From the NCBI GenBank assembly GCA_963727625.1, contig CAVSHR010000002.1, positions 640,001 through 704,000 on the forward strand: a stretch of DNA of 64,000 nt, written 5' to 3'. The notes beneath the pieces are model-generated. The model had not been told where the DNA came from. It was given only the letters and a program-made list of their open reading frames with translations, and made no database searches. The position numbers were made by a program, and so were the translations under genes. Source of the stretch: an uncultured delta proteobacterium. GTDB taxonomy: Bacteria; Desulfobacterota; Binatia; UBA9968. This document shows, piece after piece, positions 10,007-19,350 of the stretch (position 1 is its first letter; the number at the start of each line of letters is the position of its first letter).

Positions 10007-12004
10007 ATGCTGACCTTAGTCGAAAAACTTCTTTTTGTTCTGTTTGCGCTGGGATCGCTCTATTATGGCGGGACTCAATTTTATGCCGTCTACCGCGCCA
10101 TCGCCCGCGGCAAGCCGGAAACGCGCATGGATAATCTCAGCGCGCGCATTGGGCGGGCTCTCTGGATTGTCTTGACGCAAAAGTCAGTATTTAAAGCGCG
10201 GCCACTGGTTTCATTCCTGCACGCTTTGATTTTCTACGGGTTTGTCTTTTATTTTCTCGTCAATCTAGTCGACGTGCTCGAAGGCTTATTTGGCATTCAC
10301 GCGCGCGGCGGAGCCTGGAACCTGTTTAACCTGCTCGCCGATCTGCTGACCGCTTGCGTGTTGATCGGCATTTTCGGAATGTTGATTCGCCGCCTGTTTG
10401 TGCGGCCCAAGGACTTTGATTTCCCCGCCAATGTGCCGCTCCAGCCAATGGTTCGCGCCGGAATTTTTCGCGATTCCACGCTGGTGGCCGGTTTCATTGT
10501 TTTTCACGTCGGTTGCCGGATGTTGTTCAAAGCGACGCAGCTCGCCATTGACGGAGCCGATTCATTCCAGCCGGTAAGCTCGCTCTTCGCGGCGGCTTTA
10601 ACCGGATCCTCAACCGGCGCGCTCGATTTACTCAACCACGTCTTCTGGTGGGGTGCGTTGGGGTCGATTTTGCTGTTTATTCCTTATTTCCCGCGCTCGA
10701 AGCATATCCATCTTTTCCTCGCGCCGATCAACCTGGCGTTAAAGAAAGACAAGCCGGGCGTGCTGCAGCCGATGGATTTCGAGAAGGAGGAGGTGTTTGG
10801 CGCGGCGAAGCTCGAAGACTTTACCTGGCCGCGGTTGTTGGATTCCTACAGCTGCATCATGTGCAACCGCTGCCAGGATGTTTGCCCCGCGACCAATACC
10901 GGAAAAGCGCTTAGTCCCGCGGCGATTCTGATCAACGAGCGCTACGAGTTGAATAAAATATTGCCGGCTTTCGCCGACGGGCAGCAAAGCCCGCGGCCAT
11001 TACTTGATTTTGCGCTAAATGAAGAGGCGGCGTGGGCCTGCACGACCTGCAACGCTTGTATCGAAGTCTGCCCGGTGGGGAACGAGCAGATGCTGCATAT
11101 CCTCGACGTGCGGCGCGAGCGGGTGCTTAACGCGGCGGAATTCCCCAAGGGTTTGCAGAACACCTTTAATCATATGGAGCGCGCCGGCAATCCTTGGGGC
11201 ATGGCCGCCGACGAACGTCTCGCTTGGGCCAAGGATTTGCCGTTTGCCGTGCCGACCTTGGCGCAAAAATCCGATCCTGAAGTGCTCTATTGGGTCGGTT
11301 GCGCGGTGGCCTTTGATCCTCGTGCGCAAAAAATCGCCCGAAGTCTAGCGGCTATTTTCAATGCCGCCGGCTTGGATTGGGCCGTGCTCGGCAAAGAGGA
11401 AAAGTGCACCGGCGATACGGCGCGACGCACCGGCAACGAGTACCTCTTTGCGCAAATGGCGGAAGAAAACATCGCGGCTTTAAACCAGATCAAAGCCAAA
11501 ACCATCGTGACGACCTGTCCCCACTGTTTTCATACCCTCGCCAACGAATACCCGCAGTTCGGCGGTAATTACACGGTAAAGCATCACACCGAGTTCATCG
11601 ATGAGCTGATTCGCGCCGGCCGGGTAAAGCTCGCGACCAACGGCGCCGGTGCGGTGACCTATCACGATCCTTGCTATCTCGGCCGCCACAACGGCATTTT
11701 CGATCAGCCGCGTGGCTTGATTCAATCCACCGGCGCCAAGGTCAGCGAACCGAGCCGCAATGGTAAGAACAGCTTTTGCTGCGGGGCGGGCGGCGGCCAA
11801 TTTTGGAAAGAAGAAGAAAAGGGCAAAGAACGGGTAAGTACCAATCGTTATCGCGAGCTCAAGATGACCGGCGCCAAAACCGTCGCCACAGGTTGTCCGT
11901 TCTGTATGCGCATGATCACTGAAGAGGCTGCCAAAGAGGAGCCTGACACCGCCATGGAAATCCTGGATGTCGCCGAAATCGTCGCCAACAGCCTCGCCGG
12001 TTGA
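10007..12004 (+). CDS. Membrane-bound Fe-S oxidoreductase (HdrD/GlpC/FadF-like, CCG domains)
   Basis: N-terminal TM helices, CIMCNRCQDVCP and CTTCNACIEVCP ferredoxin motifs, YHDPCYLGR, CCGAGGG, GCPFC. Confidence 0.92.
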   Translation: MLTLVEKLLFVLFALGSLYYGGTQFYAVYRAIARGKPETRMDNLSARIGRALWIVLTQKSVFKARPLVSFLHALIFYGFVFYFLVNLVDVLEGLFGIHARGGAWNLFNLLADLLTACVLIGIFGMLIRRLFVRPKDFDFPANVPLQPMVRAGIFRDSTLVAGFIVFHVGCRMLFKATQLAIDGADSFQPVSSLFAAALTGSSTGALDLLNHVFWWGALGSILLFIPYFPRSKHIHLFLAPINLALKKDKPGVLQPMDFEKEEVFGAAKLEDFTWPRLLDSYSCIMCNRCQDVCPATNTGKALSPAAILINERYELNKILPAFADGQQSPRPLLDFALNEEAAWACTTCNACIEVCPVGNEQMLHILDVRRERVLNAAEFPKGLQNTFNHMERAGNPWGMAADERLAWAKDLPFAVPTLAQKSDPEVLYWVGCAVAFDPRAQKIARSLAAIFNAAGLDWAVLGKEEKCTGDTARRTGNEYLFAQMAEENIAALNQIKAKTIVTTCPHCFHTLANEYPQFGGNYTVKHHTEFIDELIRAGRVKLATNGAGAVTYHDPCYLGRHNGIFDQPRGLIQSTGAKVSEPSRNGKNSFCCGAGGGQFWKEEEKGKERVSTNRYRELKMTGAKTVATGCPFCMRMITEEAAKEEPDTAMEILDVAEIVANSLAG

Positions 12005-12005
12005 T

Positions 12006-12470
12006 ATGCGCCCGCGACGCCTGCTGTTTTTTCCCAACTTTCTTGCCGCGCTCAGCATCGTGGCGGCGTGCGAGGCCCAACCCAGGGTCACAATATCGAC
12101 CAAGGCGGGGCGTGAGATAGTCTTTCAGGTCGAGGTTGCCGACACCCCGGCTAAGCGGCAAATGGGCCTCCAGTATCGCCGCGAGTTGGCCGGCGACCGC
12201 GGCATGATTTTTTTGTTTGCCGCGGAGTCCCCGCAAACCTTCTGGATGAAGAACACGCCAATCCCCCTGGATATGATTTTTATCAATCGCGGGCGCAGGA
12301 TCGTCGGCATCGTCGAACACGCGGTGCCGTTTTCACTGGATTCGCGGTCGGTCGGCCTGCCCAGTCAGTTTGTCTTGGAAATCAACGGCGGTTTGGCCAA
12401 AAAACTTGGCATTGAAAGCGGCGACAGTGTGCGCTTCGACGGCATTCCGGCGGCACCCGTGACCGAATAA
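12006..12470 (+). CDS. DUF192 family protein
   Basis: VEVADT...GLQYR...GMIFLF...FWMKNTPIPLDMIF...VLEINGG; ATG 1 nt after the upstream stop. Confidence 0.92.
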   Translation: MRPRRLLFFPNFLAALSIVAACEAQPRVTISTKAGREIVFQVEVADTPAKRQMGLQYRRELAGDRGMIFLFAAESPQTFWMKNTPIPLDMIFINRGRRIVGIVEHAVPFSLDSRSVGLPSQFVLEINGGLAKKLGIESGDSVRFDGIPAAPVTE

Positions 12471-12503
12471 AAAGGGATCGCGAGCATGGCCCGCGACCCC
12501 TTT
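12471..12503. terminator. Probable bidirectional intrinsic terminator
   Basis: Imperfect hairpin AAAGGGATCGCGAGC-ATG-GCCCGCGACCCCTTT between convergent genes. Confidence 0.6.
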
Positions 12504-12524
12504 GTCCTTGAACGCGGTTGGCGG

Positions 12525-13592
12525 TTAAATTTCCGCAAAGAAATAGGGCTGCACCGGCACGAGCTTTTCCTCGTAAGAATCCGGATACATAAACCACAAG
12601 GTCGCGGCGATGCTGCTCAACAGCGAGTTGCCGTCCTGCGGCGTAAAGCAGGTGCCGATGATTTCTTTATCGCCGCGCATCGCCAGACTCTGGGTGACGA
12701 TTACCGTTTGGTTGAGAATCCTGCCGAACATGCCGTGATCCCGGCCAAAAGAAAACACCGATGCGGACGATTTTTTGTGCGTGAGCGCGACCCGTGAATT
12801 GGCCTTGAGACGACGCATCAGTTCTTCTTTGTTGATGCCGCGCCGCAGCTTCAGATCGAAGTGAATCGTGTGCATGTACTGTGTGTTCAGCTTCAAAGCA
12901 GAGGAGTAGATATCAAGGTCTAAGCCTAGGGTTTTGAACAGGTAATGGGCGTCGCGACCTTGGTGGGTACCAAACTTCGGATCGTCGTGTTTGCCTGCTT
13001 CGGGAGCGGGGATGAAATCTCCTTCCTGGCTTAGATCATTGGCGCGACGCATGCACACAAAGCGACTTTCGGCGAGGTTATTTTCCTTTTCCGGACCCAA
13101 GGCGATCGTGTCGATCAGCACCGCCAAGTTGTGGGTGTTGCAGCTTACGACTTGAATGAACTGGTCCTTGCCTTTCTCGAGCGCTTTGTCATTGATCCCG
13201 CGGGCGTACTTCTTACCGAAGCCGTCTTCGCTGCCCTGGGCAATGAAGCCGCGGCCGTTACCGGCATATTTGTTATAAATCTTTTCCTTGTTCTCATTGC
13301 CCACCGGGGTGCAGTCGATAATCACGTTGGCGCGCTCGATCGCCTCTTCAGCCTCGAGGCTCGGCTGCATGCCCATATCGACGAACTTTTGCCAACGGTC
13401 TTTGTCGACGGCGAGCTTCGCGCCTTGCCTGCACGACACCTTCACTTTGGACCGGTCGGTGATCAACGGAGTACGCTTGTGAAACGTCACTTCATCAATC
13501 CCGAATTGCTCTTTGAAGGTTGACAAAATGCCGATCAGCGGCTCGCCGATAGTTCCGGTTCCGACGATGTGAACTATCTTTTTCTGCGCCAT
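12525..13592 (-). CDS. Archaeal-type (class II) glyceraldehyde-3-phosphate dehydrogenase homologue
   Basis: GTGTIG Rossmann motif, VIIDCTP, FIAQG, catalytic VVSCNT, RRAND, TQYMH: same order as archaeal GAPDH motifs (DCTP, FQGG, VVSCNT, RRxAD, TLMH). Confidence 0.72.
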   Translation of the reverse strand: MAQKKIVHIVGTGTIGEPLIGILSTFKEQFGIDEVTFHKRTPLITDRSKVKVSCRQGAKLAVDKDRWQKFVDMGMQPSLEAEEAIERANVIIDCTPVGNENKEKIYNKYAGNGRGFIAQGSEDGFGKKYARGINDKALEKGKDQFIQVVSCNTHNLAVLIDTIALGPEKENNLAESRFVCMRRANDLSQEGDFIPAPEAGKHDDPKFGTHQGRDAHYLFKTLGLDLDIYSSALKLNTQYMHTIHFDLKLRRGINKEELMRRLKANSRVALTHKKSSASVFSFGRDHGMFGRILNQTVIVTQSLAMRGDKEIIGTCFTPQDGNSLLSSIAATLWFMYPDSYEEKLVPVQPYFFAEI

Positions 13593-13757
13593 AAACTCCC
13601 ATCCGGGGTTTTTTTATTACGCAAATAGTAGCTCAAACCATACAAGCAATCAACATGATTTTGTCCCATCCGCCGTTCCTGTACTGCGAATTTGTTTTCC
13701 GCAAACGAGTTTAATCGACAAATACTTATGTGTTAACATTTCAATTCGGGAGGGAAT

Positions 13758-15203
13758 ATGGCGATCGAAACATTGCCGGCGGCTTTCTTTAGCGACAATT
13801 TCGGCATCCGCTCGAACGACCTGCAAAAAGTGGTCGACACGGCTCTGGGCAAAAAGGCGGACTATGCCGACCTCTATTTTGAATACCGGAGAAACGAAGG
13901 GGTGGGGCTGGAGGAGGGACTGGTCAAAAACTGCTCCCAGTCCACGGCCAACGGGGTCGGGGTCCGTGTTCTTGCCGAGACTAAGACCGGTTATGCCTAC
14001 ACCGACGATATCACCATAGAGAAGCTCGAAATTGCGGCGCGGACCGCGCAGTACATCGCCCAGAATCGATCTTCGCAAACGCCGGCGCCGGTGGGGCAGC
14101 CGCGCGGCGAGCACCACGATCTCTACCCGGTAAAGACGCCGGTTAACGACATCGCTTTGGAAAATAAAGTGGAACTGCTTTACGAAATCGACAAATTTAC
14201 CCGCGCTATGGACCCCCGGGTGAAAAATGTTTTTGTCTCCCTTGGCAGCGAATACAAAGTGATTCTGGTGGCGACGTCCCAAGGCGTGGTTGTCGGGGAC
14301 ATTCAGCCGCTCACGCGGCTTAACGTTACCTGCATCGCCGAGGAAAACGGCAACCGGCAGATCGGCAGTTTCGGCGGCGGCGGCAGGGTCGAGTTTGGTT
14401 TCTTCGTCGACCACAAGGATTGGGAGAGATACGCCCAGCAGTCGGTGCGCCAGGCAATTCTCAATCTGAGCGCCGTCGATGCGCCTGCGGGTACCATGGA
14501 CGTGGTTTTGGGCAGCGGCTGGCCGGGCATTCTGCTCCACGAAGCGATCGGTCACGGACTCGAAGGCGATTTCAATCGCAAAAAGACTTCCGCCTTCACC
14601 GATCGAATCGGCCAGAGAGTGGCGTCGGATTTATGCACCGTGGTCGATGATGGCACGATTCCGTCCCGGCGTGGATCGGTCAATATCGATGATGAGGGCA
14701 CGCCGACGCATCGGACAGTGCTGATTGAAAAAGGCATTCTCAAGGGCTACCTGCAAGATAAACTCAACGCGGGATTGATGAAGATGCCGCTCACGGGCAA
14801 CGGGCGGCGTGAAAGCTACGCGCATATTCCCATGCCACGCATGACCAACACGTTTATGCTCGCTGGCGAATCTTTGCCTGAGGACGTTATCCGCTCGGTC
14901 AAAAAAGGGCTGTATGCGGTTTCCTTCGGTGGCGGCCAGGTGGACATCACCAGCGGTAAATTCGTGTTCTCGGCCAGCGAGGCTTATCTCATCGAAGAGG
15001 GCAAGGTCACCAAGCCGGTCAAGGGTGCCACGCTAATCGGCAACGGTCCCGATGTGTTGACCCGAGTATCGATGGTGGGCTCGGATCTAAAGCTAGACGA
15101 GGGCGTCGGCACCTGCGGCAAGGACGGACAGTCGGTTCCGGTCGGCGTCGGTTTGCCGACGATTAAGATCGACGGGCTGACCGTCGGGGGGACGAAGGCA
15201 TAA
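13758..15203 (+). CDS. tldD: Metalloprotease TldD
   Basis: ADLYFEY, GWPGILLHEAIGHGLEGDFNRK, GNGRRESY, PRMTNT, CGKDGQSVPVGVG. Confidence 0.96.
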   Translation: MAIETLPAAFFSDNFGIRSNDLQKVVDTALGKKADYADLYFEYRRNEGVGLEEGLVKNCSQSTANGVGVRVLAETKTGYAYTDDITIEKLEIAARTAQYIAQNRSSQTPAPVGQPRGEHHDLYPVKTPVNDIALENKVELLYEIDKFTRAMDPRVKNVFVSLGSEYKVILVATSQGVVVGDIQPLTRLNVTCIAEENGNRQIGSFGGGGRVEFGFFVDHKDWERYAQQSVRQAILNLSAVDAPAGTMDVVLGSGWPGILLHEAIGHGLEGDFNRKKTSAFTDRIGQRVASDLCTVVDDGTIPSRRGSVNIDDEGTPTHRTVLIEKGILKGYLQDKLNAGLMKMPLTGNGRRESYAHIPMPRMTNTFMLAGESLPEDVIRSVKKGLYAVSFGGGQVDITSGKFVFSASEAYLIEEGKVTKPVKGATLIGNGPDVLTRVSMVGSDLKLDEGVGTCGKDGQSVPVGVGLPTIKIDGLTVGGTKA

Positions 15204-15267
15204 CAAATACCGTTCAAGCCGTATATCAGAAGCATCCGAAACGTTTTGAACGAATTGTAGGAAACTT

Positions 15268-16623
15268 ATGGAACGCATGGAGTTGAGCCAAGACTTAGGC
15301 CGGGAAATCCTTTCCATGGCCAAAGCCAAAGGAGCGTCGCAGGGCGATGTCATGATGGCGGAGAGCGAGTCGTTCTTTGTCACGGTACGCATGGGCGAGG
15401 TGGAAAAGATCAGCCAGGCAGGCGAGAAGCGCTTGGGGTTGCGGCTTTTTTTCGGTAACAGCTCCGCCTCGGCATCGACCTCCGACATTTCCGGGAAGTC
15501 GATAGAGAAACTGGTCGACGACACCGTACGCATGGCCAAGGTGACGGCGCAGGACCCCCATGGCGGTTTACCGGAGGCTTCCGAGATGGCTCGCGAGCTT
15601 CCTGAGCTCGACTTGAGCGATGACGGTGCTAGGGCGGTTTCGGTTGACGAGAAGATTCAAATTGCCCTCGATGCCGAGAACGGCGCTTTAACTTACGATC
15701 CGCGTATTACCAATTCCGAAGGGGCGGAATTTTCCAATCAATTCGGCCGGGTGATCTATGCCAACAGCCACGGCTTTGCGGGCAAATACGCCGGGTCGAC
15801 CTTCGGCCATTCAGTAGCCCCCGTGGCGTCCGAGAATGGCGCCATGCAGCGCGATTATTGGTATTCATCCAACCGAAAATTCTCCAAGCTCGAATCGCCC
15901 CGAAGCGTCGGCGAGAAAGCCGCGCAGCGGGTGCTGCGCCGGCTCGGCGGGCGCAAGGTCAAGACTTGCGAGGTGCCCGTCGTCTTTGATCCCGAGATGG
16001 CTGCTTCGTTGCTGCGTAGCCTGGCCTCGGGGATCTCCGGCTACTCGTTGTACAAAGGCGCGTCGTTCTTGGCCGGCAAGCTGGGCACCAAGATCGGCTC
16101 CGGGCTGCTTTCCGTAATCGACGACGCGACCATACCCGGCGCGCTGGCGTCACGCCCGTTTGACGGCGAAGGATTGCCTACCCGGAAAAAGGTCGTCGTT
16201 GAGAAAGGCGAGCTGCAAAGTTATTTGCTCGACACCTACAGCGGCAAAAAACTGGGCATGAAATCCACCGGCAACGCGTCGCGCTCGGTGGGAGAGCCGC
16301 CCGGGGTGTCGCCCGCGAATTTCTATTTGTCTCCAGGTCATGACACGCCGCAGCAAATTATCAAATCCGTGAAAGGCGGTTTGTACGTCACCGAGATGAT
16401 CGGTTTCGGTGTCAACATGGTCACCGGCGACTATTCGCGCGGCGCTGCCGGGTTGTGGATCGAAAACGGCGAGCTGACCTATCCGGTGGAGGAGATTACG
16501 ATTGCCGGTAATTTGAAAGAGATGTTTCAGAACATCGAGAGGGTGGGTAACGATCTTGAATTGCGCGGGCGAATTGCCTCGCCAACGATTAAAATCTCTC
16601 AAATGACCGTGGCCGGCGATTGA
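15268..16623 (+). CDS. pmbA: TldE/PmbA protein
   Basis: MQRDYWY, SRPFDGEG, GVNMVTGDYSRGAAG, EITIAGNL; directly after tldD. Confidence 0.94.
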   Translation: MERMELSQDLGREILSMAKAKGASQGDVMMAESESFFVTVRMGEVEKISQAGEKRLGLRLFFGNSSASASTSDISGKSIEKLVDDTVRMAKVTAQDPHGGLPEASEMARELPELDLSDDGARAVSVDEKIQIALDAENGALTYDPRITNSEGAEFSNQFGRVIYANSHGFAGKYAGSTFGHSVAPVASENGAMQRDYWYSSNRKFSKLESPRSVGEKAAQRVLRRLGGRKVKTCEVPVVFDPEMAASLLRSLASGISGYSLYKGASFLAGKLGTKIGSGLLSVIDDATIPGALASRPFDGEGLPTRKKVVVEKGELQSYLLDTYSGKKLGMKSTGNASRSVGEPPGVSPANFYLSPGHDTPQQIIKSVKGGLYVTEMIGFGVNMVTGDYSRGAAGLWIENGELTYPVEEITIAGNLKEMFQNIERVGNDLELRGRIASPTIKISQMTVAGD

Positions 16624-16667
16624 AAATCGACGATGGATTATTTGTTATCGTCGATCCTTGATTTCAC

Positions 16668-16877
16668 TTACAATACCTGAAATCCGGCCTTCAGTGCCGC
16701 ACGTAAAAACTCGTCGATGTGCGATTGGCTTGGATCGAACTCGAGCACCGCGACGCTGCGTTCCAAGCTGAAGTCGATTTTGCCGACGCCGGGCAACGCT
16801 TGGAACGCCTGACGCAGTGTTGGCAGATCCTCCGTTTTAAGATTCGCGATCGACAGTATGGCGGTTTTTGTGCTCAT
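16668..16877 (-). CDS. Small HMA-fold-like protein lacking the CxxC motif
   Basis: 69 aa from ATG 16877; LSI.NL...LRQAFQALPGV..IDFSLE...AVLEFDP...AGFQV resembles heavy-metal-associated domains, but it has no Cys. Confidence 0.6.
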   Translation of the reverse strand: MSTKTAILSIANLKTEDLPTLRQAFQALPGVGKIDFSLERSVAVLEFDPSQSHIDEFLRAALKAGFQVL

Positions 16878-17112
16878 CTTGCCTTGCTTGTTTTTAAATT
16901 TGACAAAACTTTCTTCAATTCGCAAATCCACGGCAACCCACCGCGGTTTACAATTTAATTTCACGCAAAATAATTTTCATCACGCGGCAATTTTCTTGAC
17001 CTGCACGGCCCGGATATGTGACAGTAATCCCGTCCATTCAATGCGGCGGTAATGACGGTGACGTACCGCACGACGCCTGTGAGAACAGCGGCGTTCGTAG
17101 GGAGGTGCTAAT

Positions 17113-17544
17113 ATGGCTTACGATGTGGATAAGCTTTTAACTATGTCGCAAACCGAGCTCGACGCTCTTTTCACCAATAGCCCGGTCGGCAATATCCCGG
17201 ATGGAGAAGCCGATGGCACGGCGATCGTTGCACCGGGAACAAATTTCAGCCCGACCATCGCCAAATTTGTCAGTACCTTTGCCTGGCAAGGAAAAGTTTT
17301 TGACGCAAAGAAAGGCGCCCTTAAAAATAGGATTCTTCCGTTCGGGCTCAACGCGATCATTGCCAAGGTCTATAAGGGGCCGAGTTGGCTCGACGGCAAA
17401 GAATGCATCGTCTTGGACTATTCGGATACTTCGATCATCGCCCAGTGGATTCGCGATGAAATCCGCGAAATCCAGCCTAAGCTGTACTTGGGAAAAGTTT
17501 ACTGGGAAAAAAAGCGCCTGATTGACTTTGCGTTGAAGTTCTAA
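17113..17544 (+). CDS. Conserved hypothetical protein, first gene of the dihaem cluster
   Basis: Strong GGGAGGTG SD; protein-like motifs WQGKVF, SWLDGKECIVLDYS, IRDEIREI.P.LYLGKVY. Confidence 0.8.
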   Translation: MAYDVDKLLTMSQTELDALFTNSPVGNIPDGEADGTAIVAPGTNFSPTIAKFVSTFAWQGKVFDAKKGALKNRILPFGLNAIIAKVYKGPSWLDGKECIVLDYSDTSIIAQWIRDEIREIQPKLYLGKVYWEKKRLIDFALKF

Positions 17545-17796
17545 TCGGCTCGCAAACTATCAAGCGGTCTGACGATTTGGTGCGGCCCGGAAGTGTGGTC
17601 GAGTGGTTTGCAGTTGCTGGTGTCGTGGATGTTGTTCGCTCCTCTTCTGCGTTCCGGAAAGCTTTCTTCCTCCCTTCTCAACCGTGAAACGGTGTGGTTT
17701 TAGCGAGCAAGGACCAAAGCACTCGGCTCAGAATGTTTTCTTTCCGGTTCTCGCGAGCGGGCTTTGGCCAGCGTCCTTGGCGGAGGTTGATGCCAG

Positions 17797-19311
17797 ATGA
17801 ATAGCAATAGTCAATTGTCGCGAGGTCAAAGGATTTTATACCGTATCGGTATTGTTGCGATCGTTGTGCTGGTGATCGCTTTGTCGGCCGGGGGATGGTT
17901 GTTGGGCCGTTTCGGCGCTGATCAAGCCGTGGAGTACAAGGATGATCTCGATCATTTCAAGTACGGCTCGCTCGGCAGCGAGCATGAGTTCGGCATGCCC
18001 TATTGGATTTGGCGCGCCTTGCCCGAGCTTTTTGCCGACAAGCTTCCCGGCCAAGGATTGGAGTCTGTGGGCTTTGTCTTCGAAAAGGGCAAGGTCTTGC
18101 CCGCCGGCATGTCGCAGCGCCGCTATCTGGGCTTCGATCTGGTTTGGTTGAACTGCGCGATTTGCCATACCGGCACCGTGCGCGAGACGCCGCAAAGCGA
18201 GCAGAAGGTCTATGCCGCCATGCCGGCCAATACATTCAATTTTCGCGCCTTCACTCGCTTTCTCTTCGCCATCGGTGCAGACCGACGCTTTACCCCGCGT
18301 GACATCATCCGTCAGATCAACGTCATTCGGCGGCGCGAAGGACTTGGTCGGTTGCCGCTGATAGATCGGTTGGTGTTCCGCTTCTACGCCATTTACTACA
18401 TGCGCGAGCGGCTGCTGACGCTGCGCGACCGCTTGGATTTCATCAAAGCGGAGCCGGAATGGGGTCCGGGTCGCGTCGATACTTTCAATCCGTTGAAAGC
18501 GTATTTCAACTTTCCGCCCGAGAAGCTCTCTAAACAGGAGCTCATTGGTACAACCGATTTCCCGTCGATCTGGAATCAGGGACAGCGCGAAACTCTGAAA
18601 ATGCATTTGCACTGGGATGGCAATAACGTATCGCTCGAAGAGCGCAATCGCAGCGCCGCCATGGGAACCGGCATTACGCCGCCCACCGGTGACCGGCAGA
18701 GCCTGAAGCGTGTCGCCGATTGGTTGCGCAAGCTTTCATCGCCGCCTTATCCGTTTGCGATCGACAAAAATCTCGCCGCCCAGGGCGTGCCGGTTTACAA
18801 AAAATACTGCGCCGAGTGCCATGGCGCCGACGGCAAGGACTTTCGCGGCGAATACGCCGGCAAAGTCGTGCCGATCGAAGAGATTGGCACGGACCGGCAT
18901 CGGCTGGACTCTTACACTTACGATGTCGCGGTGAATCAAAATATGATCTTCGCCGGCTATGGGGAGGAGCGCTTCAGCCACTTCCGTAAGACCTTTGGCT
19001 ACGCTAACAGCCCGTTGGACGGGCTATGGCTGCGGGCGCCCTACTTGCACAACGGTTCGGTGCCGACCCTGCGCGACCTGCTCGAGCCGAGTGATAAACG
19101 GCCGGTGAAATTTTACCGCGGCTACGATGTCTACGATCGGAAGAAAGTCGGTTTCGTATCCGATGTGGCTGAAGAAAAGGGGCGGAAGTATTTTCTTTAC
19201 GATACTGCAGAGCCGGGCAATGCCAACAAAGGCCATGAGGGTAAGCGCTACGGAACCGAGCTTTCGGCCGCGGCAAAGGACGCGCTCGTCGAGTATCTAA
19301 AGACTTTCTAA
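17797..19311 (+). CDS. RoxA-like dihaem cytochrome c protein (paralog 1)
   Basis: N-terminal TM; CAICH and CAECH; LDGLWLRAPYLHNGSVPTL (MauG/RoxA motif); C-terminal GNANKGHE...LVEYLKTF. Confidence 0.82.
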   Translation: MNSNSQLSRGQRILYRIGIVAIVVLVIALSAGGWLLGRFGADQAVEYKDDLDHFKYGSLGSEHEFGMPYWIWRALPELFADKLPGQGLESVGFVFEKGKVLPAGMSQRRYLGFDLVWLNCAICHTGTVRETPQSEQKVYAAMPANTFNFRAFTRFLFAIGADRRFTPRDIIRQINVIRRREGLGRLPLIDRLVFRFYAIYYMRERLLTLRDRLDFIKAEPEWGPGRVDTFNPLKAYFNFPPEKLSKQELIGTTDFPSIWNQGQRETLKMHLHWDGNNVSLEERNRSAAMGTGITPPTGDRQSLKRVADWLRKLSSPPYPFAIDKNLAAQGVPVYKKYCAECHGADGKDFRGEYAGKVVPIEEIGTDRHRLDSYTYDVAVNQNMIFAGYGEERFSHFRKTFGYANSPLDGLWLRAPYLHNGSVPTLRDLLEPSDKRPVKFYRGYDVYDRKKVGFVSDVAEEKGRKYFLYDTAEPGNANKGHEGKRYGTELSAAAKDALVEYLKTF

Positions 19312-19350
19312 TGAGCCGCTCCGCGCTGCCCAGCGACGGACGGAGGAACG

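Noticed and set aside
13758-16623. TldD/E as part of a RiPP cluster
   Set aside because: No precursor peptide or YcaO-type gene is nearby; it looks like the ordinary housekeeping pair.
17545-17796. 65-aa Cys-rich ORF 17603..17800 inside the dihaem cluster
   Set aside because: No SD and no recognisable motif; left unannotated, though a decayed gene cannot be excluded.
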